The notes under the pieces are model-generated. The model searched no databases. It had not been told where the DNA came from and saw only the letters and a program-made list of their open reading frames with translations. DNA of 64,000 nt from Chiloscyllium plagiosum (lineage: Eukaryota): NCBI RefSeq assembly GCF_004010195.1, contig NC_057755.1, forward strand, positions 697,581 to 761,580, in the 5' to 3' direction. A program made the position numbers and the translations under genes. Below, piece by piece: positions 1-14,029 of the stretch; position 1 is the stretch's first letter; the number at the start of each line of letters is the position of its first letter.

Positions 1-110
1 GTCAATCAATGAATGGGAAACAGATAGTTTCTCGTTCAGATTCATAATCAGACAGGGCTGTGCACTTTCACATTTCCTGTCGCATTTTTGTCCTGGAAGC
101 ACCTGACTCA
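1..110 (+). mobile_element. Tx1/L1 RT fragment end, paralog of 48865-48975
   Basis: SINEWETDSFSFRFIIRQGCALS aligns with SIKGWESGSFPIKYGVRQSCPFS. Confidence 0.6.
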
Positions 111-767
111 TTGTTTGAAAACATTCAGCTATTTCTTCTTTAGCAAATGTCAATCCACGGAGAACCTCTTCACTGGGATTCCTCAAACCACCACTGCACG
201 TTATTTCGATGCAATACCAATGTTTCAGATTCAAATTCGTTATTCTCTATCTTAATAAACAATTCAAACATTTTAAGATCGTTCTTCCCACATGGAGCAA
301 TATTGTAAAATCATGCAATTGCGTTGTCTCTGTACGTTTTGGAGAAAGTATATTAAATTGCTGCATACTTTCATTTGTTCTGTTGCATTAATTCAGATCT
401 GTGAGATGTAGAAAGTTAGTCCTTCAAATGTGTTATTCCTGTCCAAATACAGCAAGCGTCATCATAAATAATAACAAATATAGGTGAGGTTTTGACAGTA
501 ACTGTATAACATAACGGATACATTGTTGGGGATATCCCTAAAATGAGGAAGAAGCGCGTCGTAAAGAACACTGTCCCTGAATGTGTGAGATATGTGAGGG
601 AAGGGTTTGATCCTAAAGCTTAGGATTCTTAAGCAAAACATTTTCAGGGATCCAGAACGTGTTTTTTGGACGCTTTTCATTTTCACTCACAGTTTTACTA
701 TTGCAAGTGGTCAGCTTCATTTCCCTGCTAACTGAGCTTTATCTCAGCTTCCCAACATTCTCTGGCA

Positions 768-1010
768 TAAGCCCTTCTTCAGGAATAAGGAAGGCTAAGA
801 TAAAAGGTAGGGAGGAGGGACTTGGGGGAGGGGTGTTGGGAATACGATAGGTGGAAGGAGGTTAAGGTGAGGGTGATAGGCTGGAGAGGGGATGGGGGCG
901 GAGAGATCGGGTAGAAGATTGCAGGTCAAGAAGGCGGTGCTGAGTCCGAGGGCTGGGACTGAGATAAGGTGGGCGGAGAGGAAATGAGAAAGCTGGAGAA
1001 ATCTGCAGAT
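768..1010 (-). mobile_element. Penelope pLTR/3' UTR fragment
   Basis: Similar to the 3' UTR at 30050-30280. Minus strand ttattcCTGAAGAagggcttatgcc is truncated at ~770. Confidence 0.65.
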
Positions 1011-4000
1011 TCTGTTCCACCCCAGAAAATCCCACACTCCAAGATATACTAAAGTTGTTCTGAGACATTCTCGACCATTGGCACTGTTGACACAGTATAC
1101 CATCCTCGATACTTTCAAGTCAGAACTGAGGATTCTGTTAGATTCACTCAATCACTTTATGTTTATCCACTGCTGCTATTTGATGTTAAAACAGCAACAT
1201 ATTGACTTTATAAATAAGGATAAACAAAATAAAACTGGGGAGTTGGGAGTTCATGTCTGTTTGAGTGCAGCATTGATTGACCAGATTGATAGCCGGACAG
1301 CAATGATTTCAATGACGAGGGAGTGAAATGACGCAAACCCAGAATTGAATTCCTCAAACTTATCAGGGTCTGAGATGAGAAAGGTTTTCAAGAGAATAAT
1401 GGAATCTGTTGATACTGAATGGACTGAAAGGCTTCTCGTTGCCTCTGGATTTAGGACTAAGACAAGCATCTAAAAGTTTATAAATGGCCTGACATCTTTC
1501 CAAGACTGAAATAAATGAAGAATGCCTCACATTTCTCTACATTATAGTGCACAGACTATTTTGCGCTCATTCACTCACTGAACATGTCCTTCCCATTCTC
1601 AGTGTTCCTATGTCCTCCTTGTCTTTTACTGTCCCACCCAACATTGTGCTATCAACAAACGTGACACATGATCCCATTGACAGAGCTTAAACATGGCTGT
1701 GTCCGGAGAAATGTTACTTGGAGGAGTTGACAATACCAGCCTGATATCATGAAGATGACATATTTATTCCTGCTCTCTTTTTTTCTGTCCATTATCATTT
1801 CTCACACCATTTCCCCATCAATACACACCTCCTTGATAACATTGACCTCCGCTCGAACATTTTCAAAATTTTATATTTTTGCATCTTTGTGTGCCCAAAT
1901 CCTTCCGTGGTCTCACTCCTCCAACTCCCTTGAAATCGTTCCATCCCATCATCAGTCAGATGTTTCAGGTTTCTTCTGTGTACATGTGCAGTACACTTCG
2001 GGGAACAGAGAATAACTCATCCCTATGTACTGCTGTCCAGATCAGAGTCAGCTCTGAAATATGTCCGCTGTTATCCTGGTAGCAGGATCTGTACTAATTG
2101 AGGCTTATATAACAATTGAGGGTATTTTTCAATGAGTTATTTTATTTGTTTAAATTATTGCCTGAATTGGAGAAGTTATATTAGATTCAGAAGCGGTATC
2201 CGTGCAAGGTGAGGAATTCTATTGTGATGTTGGATTCAATAACTATCATCCCTTCACAGAACAGCGCTGACAACCAGGGAAGCTACATCCCAATGTTGTG
2301 GTGAACGTTTCTCAGAGAGACACTCAACAACCGGAATTTAATTTCCAAATCGTTAAAAGCAGGGGAAGGATGACACTGAAATGAAATGAGATTTCAGTGC
2401 TGGATAGGTGGTGTTGTGGTGTCAATGCTGGTATATGGGGCGGCACAGTGTTTCAGTGGTTCGTCCTGCTGCCTTGCAGGGCCAGCGGTTGTTTTTGGTT
2501 GGGATACCCTTTGCAAGGTCGGTGTGGACTCGATGGACAAACTGGCCTGCTTTCACACTGGAGGGATTCTATTATGTTATTCCACATGCATTTTCCAAAG
2601 ATTTCTATTGACCGATTGAGCTTTGTATCATCCGATAATCCTCAGTTCTAAAAATACTCTGGCACAATTAGAAATACCTCACTGCTGTAATGTGTTTGTT
2701 CAAATTCTTATATAAATGAATTGAGCGACATTGTAATGTCGCAGTCTCCCAGGAGATGCCAGCAGGTATAAATGAAAGGCTTTGAGATTATATCATCTTG
2801 GAATTGATACCGAGAGAAAACCTGCACAAAGAGATTCAGGCAGAAAATGACGTTTTCAATTTATGATGTGCGGAAAATATTTGACCCGATCCTTTCGTTT
2901 GTAACAATTCCTGGTAAGTACCTGGCACAATTGAATTAGTGTGAATCTGTCTGAGGATTCTCTGCGGGGTCATTATGCCACTGACAATGATGCATGGCAT
3001 GTTGTGCCCAAAAGTCACACAGTGGCAGATGATCAGAAATTTAATCTCAGATTATAGACACATCATGGAAACTGCATTATCATAGATTCCAGAGGAATTG
3101 TCTGGGAAATTAATTATCTCTTCTGGGAACCGCCCAGAAATATCCATTTCACATACAGACTTCGGAGAAATTAGGTGGAATTAAGACAAGGAATCACTTT
3201 GGAAAAATATAAGCGGTGGTATTTTTACGTAGAAAGTGGAAAGTCATTTAGCTTGAGTTTGGTTCTGGTTTTGTGAATGAATAAGCAGTAGGAGTCTCTG
3301 GACATCTGAGGTTAATGGTTAATTTGGAATTATTTCTGTAATCGCTGAAATTTGTTTTAAAAATTGCATTTGAGGTTTGGCTACCGACTGAAAAATGGCT
3401 TTGTGCACGAGTCAATATTTGTTTATTTTTGATGCTTGTAACCCAGCATGATATTAATGGGGACTCAAAGATATAATGGAGTGTTATGTAATTTGCGATA
3501 AAGGAAGAAACTCTGAACGGTGAAAGCTTTATTTTCACTTTAATCACTTTTGTTATTTCTTTTAGTTTCTGGAGACCCTGAAACTGAGCAAATATATAGA
3601 TCTGTGCTCATGCGAAGGAAATGAAAGTTTTCATAAATCACATTGCCTTCGAATGAAAATGCTATGTTGGTCTCAGACAGAAGTGTTGGGTCATGAAGAA
3701 GCTCTGTACAGAATGTTTCACTCTCTGTACATTTACACTCAGGTGCGTGGTAGCTCCAGGAAGAAGATACTACTATTCCTGTTTAGAAGTTGCAGTCACA
3801 AGTCATTTGATGAAAACATATAAGGTTATGATCCATCAAGCTGGTTTTCTGTGCAGGATCTGGCTTGTTCTGTCATTAATTATCAAGAATCAGAATAGAA
3901 GTGATGCTATTGTACACTTCAACTAACTCCTGAGGAACTGATAATCTAACCCCACTCTTCAAATAGATTGCACCCCAACCATATCCGTCCAGATCCATAA

Positions 4001-5559
4001 TATGATCCAGACCCTGGTCAGACATCGACACTGAGATGTAATTCCATACTAATGATCCCAAAATTGCTAATATCTCACTTGACAGCAAAGACAATGCGAA
4101 ACAAATTCCCTCAGCACCCGATATACCTGGAACTACATGAGACACTGGGTGGCCTGCAGCTGCACTTTAGTGCACAGTAATGGTCATCACCAAGCAATGA
4201 GGACAGAATTTCACTGAGGAGATTATCGAAAAGATTTTCAAGAATGGTGACAGTGTATGGAAATTATTGCAGCATTGAGGAAAGACATACAGGGTAGTTA
4301 CATTTTCACTGAACAGAGGCGAACGAGATTTGACATGATCAGGATGTACAAAATAAGTAGGGTCTTGGATGGAGACTTGCCTTCCCGAGCGCAAAGCACT
4401 TACCAGGAGACAGAGAGCGAGAAAATTTGATGGATGGATTATCGAGGTAATGAGGCCTACCATTTCATTCAGAGGATGATGGTGTGATTGAAATTCACTG
4501 CCCAGTTTTGCTGGTGGATGGAAGTGACCAAACGTTACTCATTTAAAGGGAACTTGGATCTGAACGTGAAGTGTAGAAACCCTCACCACTGCGGACTAGG
4601 TGCTGGAAAGTAGGATCAGAATAGGTTACTAGTTTATTCAGTTGATGCAGACATGAATGACCTCTTTCAGTGCCATAACTTCTGTGCATTTCTGTGGAAT
4701 TGTAAAAAGACCGAGGAGTGTTAAAGTGAATTCGCTTGGTGGGTTAAATGGCCTGTTGATGTGCAGTCTGTTTCCACCACTGGAATACTTTCGAGTGTTA
4801 AAGTGAATTCCAGAGGGCTGTAGATACCTTCCAGGTTTGCCCTGATGAAGTGTTTGTAGCTTCATAATTTTTACAATGCATAAAGCAATTTTACATTTGA
4901 AGCAATAATGTTAACTAAGTTTAGAACATCAGAAATAAACAATTCATTAGGTTAATATTGCTTACAATGTTTAAATATTCTCATTACAAAATAAAGATAC
5001 TTTTTTAAAAAGAAGCATTGCTAAACCTAGTACTGCCTAAGAACTGCTGAGTATTCGGATTATCACTTTAAATGTTAATTGTCCCTGACATAATCAGAAC
5101 ACAGCAGAGAGTCAGAGAGATCGGAATTTTATCAGATCATATTTTATTATACAATGGATTGGAGCTGTCACATTTAGTAATTGCAGTAGTGAATTGCTTG
5201 TTTTGTTGTGTGCTTTATTCATAAAATATCACAAGCACATTATAAAACTATTTCCGGCAGATACAGCAGAGATTGCAATAAAAAGCCACATTTACCAATT
5301 TACATTCTACATTATTTGCTTTTGTTAAACGTGACAAGGAATTGTTCACTTTCCAAAACAAACTATGAGGGATTCAGTGAGTTAACAAATCCCCAGGACA
5401 TCATCACAGAGAGGGGGCTTCGATCATGGTTTGTGTCTTTAAAGATGAAACAAACCTTTCTCAGCTCTGTTGGCATTATTTGCAAACTAATAGGATCTTC
5501 TAATGTGCAATAACTCATGATTTTTGCATTATACTGACCAGCGATTGTAGATAATTCTA

Positions 5560-7445
5560 TAGGGAGTACAGGAAAAGATTGTGGTTTTAAGTGGCACAAA
5601 TCCCCAGGACCTGATCAGATATACTCTAGACTCTTCGGGAAGCTAAGGAAGTGATTGCTGGACTCCTTGCTGAGATATGTGCATCATCGATAGTCATAGG
5701 TGAGATGCCAGAAGGTTGGAGGTTGGCTCCCGTGGTGCCTTTCTTTAAGAAATGAGGTAAGGACAAGTCACCTTTTCTGTGAGCCTGACGTCGGTGGTGG
5801 GCAAGTTGGAGATGCTAATCCACAAGGACAGACTATTCATGTATTTGGAAGGGCGAGGACTGAATAAGGATAGTCAACATGGCTTTGTGCATGAGTAATC
5901 ATATCTCACGAAATTGATTGTGTTTTTTGAAGAAGTTATGAAGAGGATTGATGAGGGCAGAAAGGTGGACGTGATCTATGAGGACTTCAGGAATGCGTTC
6001 AACCAGATTCCTCATGGTAGAGTAGTTCGCAAGGGTAGATCACATTTATCTAAAGGAGAACCAGCCTCTGGGACAGAATTGACTCGAAGGTTGAAGACAG
6101 AGGGTGGTGGTGGAGGGCTGATTTTCAGACTGAAGGCCTGTGACCAGTAGTGTGCCACAAGCATCGTTGCTGGACCCACAGCCTTTCTTCATTCATGTAG
6201 ATGATTTGGATGTGAACACGGGAGATACAGTTATGAAGTTTGCAGATGATCCCAAAATTTGACAGCGAAGAAGGTTACCTCAGTGTACAACAGGATCTTT
6301 ATCAGATGGACCAACTGGTCAAGGAGTGGCAGATAGATGTTAATTTAGATGAATGTGAGGTGCTGCATTTTACATTAGATTAGATTACTTTATATTACTT
6401 ACAGTGTGGAAACAGGCCCTTTGGCCCAACAAGTCCACACCGACCCGCCGAAGCGCAACCCACCCATTCCCCTACATGTACCCCTTTAACTAACGATACG
6501 GGCAATTTAGCATGGCCAATTCACCTGACCTGCACTTCTTTGGACTGTGGGAGGAAATCAGAGCATCCGGAGGAAACCCAGGCAGACAGGGAGAGAATGT
6601 GCAAAGTCGACACAGTCAGTCGCCTGAGTCGGGAAATGAACTCGGGTCTCTGGCGCTGTGAAGCAAATTTGGAAAAGCAACTCACAGCAGTACATATTAC
6701 AGTTAACTGCAACATCTTGGGGAGTTTTGGGGAACAAAGAGACGTTGGAGTAAATTTTCATAGTTCTTTGAAAATGATGTCTCAGGTAGATAGGATGGTG
6801 AACACGATGTTTGGTATACATTCATTTACTGGTCAGAACATAGAGAATTGGAATTGGCACATCATGTTGTGTCTGAACAGGACATTGGTCAGGCCACTTT
6901 AGGAATATTGTGTGCAATTCTGCTCTTCCTCCAAAAGGAAGGATGTGTTGAAACTTGAAATGTTTCTGAAAAGATTTACAAGGACAATGCCAGGGTTGGC
7001 GTATCTAAGCTATAGGGAGAGGCTGAATGGACTGGATCTTTTATCCGTGGAACACCGGTGCCTGACGTGTAACCTTGTGAAGGTTTAACAAATCATAAGG
7101 TGCATGGATAAGAGAAATAGACAAGGTCCTTTCTCTGGGTTGGGAAGAGTTCAAAACTAGAGCAGATAGCTTTATGGTGAAAGAAGAAAAAAATACAAAG
7201 GACCTAAAGGGCAACTTCTTCATGCGAAGAGTGCCGTGTGTATGGAACGAACTGGCAGAGGAAGTGACGGCGGTGTGTGCAATTACAACCTTTAAAAGGT
7301 ATCTGAATGTGTAAATTAATAGAAAATGTTTCGAGGGATATGAGGACAAATGGGACGAGATTAATTTCGGACACGTGGTCAGCATGAACAATTTGAGCTA
7401 AAGGGGCTGTTTCTGTGTTGTACCTTTTTTATAAATCTAACTATG
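5560..7445 (+). mobile_element. CR1 LINE 3' part (decayed RT) in the intron of copy A
   Basis: Peptides such as KSPGPD, FFEEVMKRIDEGRKVDVIYEDFRNAF and TLVRPL, and a CR1-type 3' tail. Confidence 0.88.
6372..6664 (-). mobile_element. HE1-type shark SINE, 5'-truncated, inserted in the CR1
   Basis: ttagattag tail and core ttagcatggccaattcacct...ggactgtgggaggaaa; similar to 37962-38277. Confidence 0.85.
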
Positions 7446-9984
7446 CCCAATATGTGAAGAGCAGTCTCACAAATGGTCCGCAGTAGTTGAATAGCAACAC
7501 TTTAAGTCTCAATTGCCTGTAAGAAATGTAACCTTGTCTTTTGAGTGCAATCATAGGATCTTGTGTGGGGAGAAACCTGAGATGGTGTTTGACTTCAGTG
7601 GCCCATGTTCAGATGAAGATGTTCTGATCAACAGTGATTCCATTAACTCTGTTCCTCTCCCCACAGATGCTGCCACACCAGATGGATTTTGCCAGTTAAA
7701 TCTGATACTGTTTCATGTTGTAAGCATTCAAATCCCTTTCATTTATTTCATTAAAATTAGTCACGTACCAATCAGACTCCCTGCAGTAATTATGAGAATC
7801 AGAAAACCAGACTGGACAGAAGAGCCCCTTCGTTCCATCCAGTTTGTGCAGTCCAAGCGACTCAAAATTTACACTCCTCCCAGCGTCCAGCATTAGCCTC
7901 ATAGTCTCGAACGTTATGACACCTCAAACGTTCATGCAAGTAGTTTTTAAATTTTATGATTTTTTCCAGCTTTCAGTACCCTCCCTGGTACTGAATTACC
8001 AGACCCCCACCAGGACGTGAATGCAAAGCTCTTCCTCAGTTTACATCTAAACCTCTTCCCTTTCACCTTAAAAATTATGTCCCCCTGCCATATGTTAATT
8101 GCCTGCCCACACTTATTTAAAACCGGAATTGAGCAGCTTTGAAATGGTCAGGCCATTGGAGCTGTCATGTTCCAACTCGACATCTGAACTCTCCCAGCTG
8201 ACCCAATTAGGTGTTAAGATCTTCCATTGCTCTCTTTGCCAACGTGCATAACGTTTGGTCATTAATTTCCGTTTTGTATTTTCCCTCCTGGCTCTTTTAG
8301 TTAATTTCCTGATGATTTTGGTCCTCACACGTGGTAAGTGTGGCCTCTTGAACAGCACAACGCGCTGCCTGTTGGCTATGGCAACGTCGGATCTACTGTT
8401 CATTCTCATGAAGATCATATTGTGGCAACTCAAATACTTTTACTTCCCTTGGTCTTTCTTGCACATCACCCCTATGTGCAGTACTGTCTTTGTCCTGGCC
8501 CTTGCAGCCACAGACTGTTCCGTCTGGTTCACTGTCGTTTTCGCCTTTGATCGCTTTGTGGCCATTTGCTGCCTGAAAATGAAAAGAAAATATTGGACAG
8601 AGAAAGCCTTGGCTGTGGCTCTGGGTGCAACTGGCATTCTGCTCTGTTCAAAAAATATTCCTTTCTATTTTCGGTTTGAACCTAGGAGGATAATTGACGA
8701 TGTTCCATGGTACTGTGGGACAAAGTCAAGTTATTTTACAGACCCCAGGTGGCTGTGGTTTAAGTGGTTTGACATCATTTTAACCCCTTTAATTCCATTC
8801 ACGTAAATTGTGTTGATGGACACTCTGACGGTCAGGTACATTTTAGCCACACTTCGTTTCTGCAAGAGCCAGAGGAAGGGAGAAAGTCACAAAGATGCAG
8901 ATATGGAGAGCCAGCAGAAGTCGGTGATTTCCCTATTCACCATATCCACCAGCTTCATACTTCTGTGGGTACCACATGGTGCAAATGTCTTATACTATAA
9001 CATTGAAGGATCAAATCGTTGGGAGTACGGCCATCTCATCATTTTTACATACACTGCAGAAATGCTCAAGGATTTCAGCTGCGGCACAAACACAATATTT
9101 TATGCAGCGACACTGCCCAAGTTCAGAGAGAATTTCAGGAATGTGATGCACGAACTGGTCACGTAAATTCTTCACTTAATGGCTCAGCAAAACAATTCAG
9201 AGAGCTCCAGAGGCAGCCGCAGTGTTCCCAGACTAGAAGTTGCATATCTACAGCCAGGATTCCATCAGCACATTTACATGGATCTGTTTATAACACCCAC
9301 GGTTGGATGGGTTGGTGTAACAGGATGGTTCACTATTAACTACGCTCAGGAACACGTTGCTATCCCTGATTGACTGACGATTGACACACACGGAGACACA
9401 CAGACAATGAGCTGCAAGAGGCCATTCATCCCTTTGTGTCTGATCCTCTTGCCAGCCCAGAAGTTCAAGGGTAATCCAACTGCAAAGTCTTCCTGCATTG
9501 CCTTGAGCTCCTGAGCACCCCCTCCAAACACATTTTCCTCCAAAACTTTGACAAGAACCTATCGCCCTCCACCTGAAGGAACATTGAAGGCTGTGACAAA
9601 TGTACAGCAGGTAAAAGGGAATGAGGTTACTGTCAGGTGTAGGGTCGGATGGAGAGAGGCTGGAGGAGCGATTCAAAGTGACGGACTGGCTGTGAGTGAT
9701 GGGTTCAGCTGGAACTTTGGGTCTTCAGGGACTGCACTGTGGATTAGTGTTAAAGACCGGCAGGAGGGGCCTCTGCATTTCCCCTGCAGAGGAGGAGGTG
9801 GAGGAACAGAAACAGTCCTTCCTGCACCATGATGATTATCAGAATCTCTCTGTTCACAATAATAACTTACTTATAACAAGAGAAAGACTCCGCATGCTGG
9901 TGATCCCCTCATCTGAATGGTTTATTGTTACATGCCCATTTGTTTTGGAGTCCACTTTCTGTCTGTTCCATTCACAGGGATATT

Positions 9985-11765
9985 GCTTTCTTTCTCTCTC
10001 TTCCTTTTTCAGTCTGTGTTTGTCTTTTTCTCTCTTTCTTTCTCGTGCTGTTCTCCCATCCCAGAGCTTCTTGCTCAGTCTCTCTCTCTTTCTGTCTCAC
10101 TCTTTGTGTCTCCCTGCCTGCCTCGCTCTGTCTCTGTCTCTCCCTACCTATCTGTCAATCTCGTTGTCTTCCTCTATATCTATCCTTCTTTGCCTCTCTG
10201 CCTATCTCTTTCTGTATCTCTCAGTCTCTCTCGTGCTCTGTCTTTTTGTCACATTGGCCATGTCAGATAGTTGCTGTCTCAGTTTAATACATGCTCACTT
10301 GCACTGACCCAAATCCCTTCCTGATCCCTTCATTCACTCATCCTTCCTCAGGCAGTTGTTTTGCAAATTACAGTGTACAGATACAGCCAGCTATACCTTG
10401 ACACATTACTACAATGAGGTCTGCTGGAATTTGATCGTCACCCTTTCCTCTGTCTGTGGCTGGGTAGGATGTGTGTTCATACGTTTCCCTTTCAGTGTGT
10501 GAGAGAATCTGTGTGCCGCTGTGTGGGGGGTGTGATTCATACTTTTGTGGGGATCTCACTCTCTGTGTTTATGTCTCTCGGTTTTTGTCGTTAGATATGT
10601 CTCTTGAGTGTGTCACATTCTGTGTGTGTTTATGCATCTGAGTTTGGTTTTCCATTTGTGTATGTTGGGAAGTATTTTGATGACAAGACAATCGTGTGCT
10701 TATGTGTTTGGGAATGATATTCAACCTCCATTAGTGCTTCTGTGAAGATGAGTGTTTTTATGTGGGTGTATATTACAGGGCCTGTGTGAATGCGTATCTG
10801 TGTTTGTTTTGCCCATACGCATTTGTTGTGTTTACGCCTCTATGTGTGCTGTTTGTAGGGTTACAGTCCTATGACTTTGCGTGTGCGTTATTGGCAGCAT
10901 GTCATGATGGTTCAATGACTCCATGTGTGAGCGTCTCTGAATATCATTGTATTATTGTGGGAGTGCGTCATATGTCTCTGCCTGGCTGTGTTCTTGTTTA
11001 AGCAGGTGAGTGTGCTGTTCAAACTGTTGCATTCTGTGTGCGTGTCAATATCTTTCTGTGCCTCCAGCAGGATCCCACTGTGCCTCTTTTTGGGTGGGTC
11101 TCTGTTTATTTCTGAGTGTCGCTCACTGTCCAGTAACTGTTTGAATGTGCCTTTGTATATGTAAACGAAGTTTCTGTCAATTCTTGCAGGTTGGTGTGCA
11201 ATATCTCTTACTTCAGTTCGTTTATATATGTCCCTGGCGGTGTGGGTGTGAATCTGTGTCTGTGTGGAGATGTGTTCCCATACCTCAGTATGTTTGTATT
11301 TATGAGAGTGCGGATATGTATGCATTTGATGTGTACATGGAAGTGCTCCTTTCTCTGTTAGTATGTCGATGCGTGTGTGTGTGTGCGTGTGAATCTGTTC
11401 TGATATTGCGGTGTGTCTTTGTGTATGGATGCATGTGCATTCTGTCCGTTCATGTGTGTTCATATATGTCTCGGTATGTCTGTTTTCATATGTGTGTGTG
11501 CGCGTGCGAGTGGGCGTGTCCCCTTCTGCCCTCTGGTTCTATTCCTGCGTGTGTTGTGAGGGTGTGGGAATGGTTCTCTAGTCTTTGTGCAGGTGTGTTC
11601 CCACATTTCAGTATGCTTGCGTTATTGTGCGTTCGTGCATGTTTGTGAGTTGCATGTGTATGTGTTTTTGTTTGTCAGTATCTTCCTATGTCTCACTTTG
11701 ACTGTATTTCTGTTTGTGAAGTTGAGTTTCTGCTTTTATATGTGTGTGTGTGAGAGAGAGAGAGG

Positions 11766-11802
<37 letters not shown>
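9985..11802. repeat. Degenerate (TC)n/(TG)n low-complexity tract ending in (AG)n; paralogs at ~24800-26190 and ~57930-59840
   Basis: Dinucleotide-rich sequence, with pure (ag)n at ~11752-11800. Confidence 0.85.
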
Positions 11803-12205
11803 GGTGTTGGTGTGTTTCTCTATCCCTCTGGGTGTGGTTCTGTCTCTGACTGATCATGAGACTACCTCTCCTGAAAAGGGACAACTGAACCCTTTAGCAG
11901 GTCACCGTGCACAGATTGATGTCAATGGCATATTTTTGCAACTCGGGAAAAAACTAAATATCATTTCTGTGCCTCCTGCACCCTAAGAGCTGAACTATTA
12001 CTTCAGTTCAAGGAGCTAATTCTCATGAACGAAACAAAACAGCGGAATATTTAAAGAAGGGCAGAATTCCAATTGTTTCGTCCATGCTTGGACCAAGGAT
12101 GCAATAGGTAGGATTTGTTTCTCAATTCTATTCTCCTGCCTTCTCCCCATAACCTTTGAATCACTTACCAATAAGGAGCCCGTATATCTCTAATTTTAAT
12201 ACATT

Positions 12206-12848
12206 TATTGTGGACCAGGGAAGACTCTCTCAAAACATTCAAAAATGGTAGCCCAGCCCCTATCTTTTGTACTTGTTTGGAGTAGGTGCAACATGGATAT
12301 TCCAGGAGTGATGGAGCCAGTCATCATTCTTTGGTTTCAAATTTTCTGACAGAGTACCAAATGAAACACGAATAAAGGAGAACAGAATACAGATTAACTT
12401 CATTAATCCAAAAACCCAACAGACGATCTCAACTTAAATATTGCTTCAAGTTCCTGCAACAATCCCCATAAATACCACATTGCAAAACGGGTAAAATCAA
12501 CCACATGGTATTACAGGAGATAAGTCAGAGAGAGATTCAACATGGAACAACTTCTGCCATGTAACTGTTCCTTTTACGAACTGTCTGAAAAACTGACTGC
12601 TTCCAAACACCAAACCAAACGAAACCAAACCAGAGAAAAGCTGAGCAAGAACAATTGTCCACTCCGCTTGCATTGTACATGCCTTTACATTTGAAAGCCT
12701 TTTTCCTGAGGCAGTGTCGGTTAGCTATTAAGGATTTGGCCCGAGAACTCATCCAAACGAGACACCCCGGAACTGCTGCATTTACAAACACTCTGAGATA
12801 TATAGAAAAAGGACAGCACAACCTTGGTAAAGAAGTAGCATTATCACA
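12206..12848 (-). mobile_element. Solo LTR of the same Gypsy family (copy A unit)
   Basis: Reverse complement tgtgataatgctacttc...ggtccacaata, with the same flanks as the 56825-57413 copy. Confidence 0.75.
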
Positions 12849-12999
12849 CACTCAATGTCCTGGCGGCCAGAACCCTCTGTGACAATGATTTCCTGAGATT
12901 ACCGACGGGAAGAAATTCATTCCCATCTCAGATGCAAATTTCGTCCCTTTACTCTGAGGCTGTGCCCTCAGGTCCTAGTCTCTCCTACATGTGGAAACA

Positions 13000-13790
13000 G
13001 CTTCCAAGCAGAAGCTTAAATGGGAGGAGCCTTCACAAAAGGAAATACAATGCTCGTCGAAGGTTGTGAATGACTGTCTCTGCAACTGTTTGGAACTGGT
13101 GGACTGGACCACGTTCAAGCAGTGAGTGGAAAACCTGGATGAATGCACTGCCGTCATCATGGACATCATGGGTAAATGCAAGGAGGACTGTGTATTAAAG
13201 AAGTCATTCCGAGTGTTCCCCAAGCATAAACTTTGAGAGAATCAGCAAATCTTCTCCCTATTGAAGGACAGAGTAGCAATATTCAAGTAGGAATAGCGAG
13301 ACCTTTACAGGCAATCCAGATATCACCTCTGCGGGACCATCAGGGTTGCCACTGGGGGGTACCAGACCACATTAGAGGTCAAGCTCTACAAAACAGACTC
13401 CTGCCGCCTATGGCAATGCCTAATGAAAATTGCAGGATGAAAAATGCAGCAGAGCAAGCTAGCAGACAAAGACACATCCCTCCTTAAGGCGCTCAAAGAT
13501 TTCTCTGTTCCGTTTGATCTCAATGCCAGGGGCGCAGTGACGCCTGCCCCAACAGCCCCAGACACACCTGTTTAGTTGTTCATTGCTGAACATGTTAAAA
13601 TGATCTTGCGGACAGTAATCCCAAGGAAAATGACAGGTCTGCATGGAGTCCCTGGCCATGCACTTAGATCCTGTACCAACTGGCAAAGATATTCACCGAC
13701 ACCTTCAACCTCTCCCTCCAACAAGATGATGTCCTCATCTTCTTCAAGAAGACCACCACCATCTTCTACCTAAGTAAGCACATGCAATGT
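13000..13790 (+). mobile_element. Rex1/Babar-type LINE fragment
   Basis: Decayed ELVDWTTFK..NLDE, PRKMTGLHGVPGHALRSC and FTDTFNLSL..FKKTT motifs. Confidence 0.75.
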
Positions 13791-14029
13791 CCCAATCTGC
13801 TTTGCCACCTTTTTTTTGCGCCATCTGCAAATTTGGCAGTAGTGCCTTCACTTATTTTCTATAGGTAGTTTATATACACATTATTTCCTGTTTTATGTGT
13901 CTACTGTATTGTTATATGTTGGAGCTGTTTGTGTCTCATCAAATATTATTGTACATTAGAGCTGATGGAATATTATTGTGCATTGGAAATTAAATCTTGC
14001 TTGTGTTGGAGTTTATATCTATATATTGT

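Larger units (their letters stand above)
2847..9166 (+). pseudogene. GPR139-like orphan class A GPCR, copy A (exon 1 2847-2913, exon 2 8301-9166); one in-frame stop at 8804-8806
   Basis: Exon 1 encodes MTFSIYDVRKIFDPILSFVTIP and ends cctg|gtaagt. The phase-1 acceptor ctcttttag|ttaat at 8300/8301 joins in frame to VNFLMILVLTRGKCGL...AMATSDLL...ATDCSVWFTVVFAFDRFVAICC...PLIPFT*IVLMDTLTVRYIL...SCGTNTIFYAATLPKFRE. Spliced length is 933 nt (310 codons plus stop). The motifs match the shark-expanded GPR139-like receptors as I know them. Confidence 0.88.

Noticed and set aside
8255..8300. N-terminus of ORF 8255-8806 as the GPCR start
   Set aside because: Intronic polypyrimidine tract with a non-ATG start; the real N-terminus is exon 1 at 2847-2913.
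9696..11986. Many Cys/Val/Leu/Ser-rich ORFs, also at 16829-17469, 24654-26351, 38541-38956 and 57759-59999
   Set aside because: Translations of TC/TG/CA low-complexity tracts.
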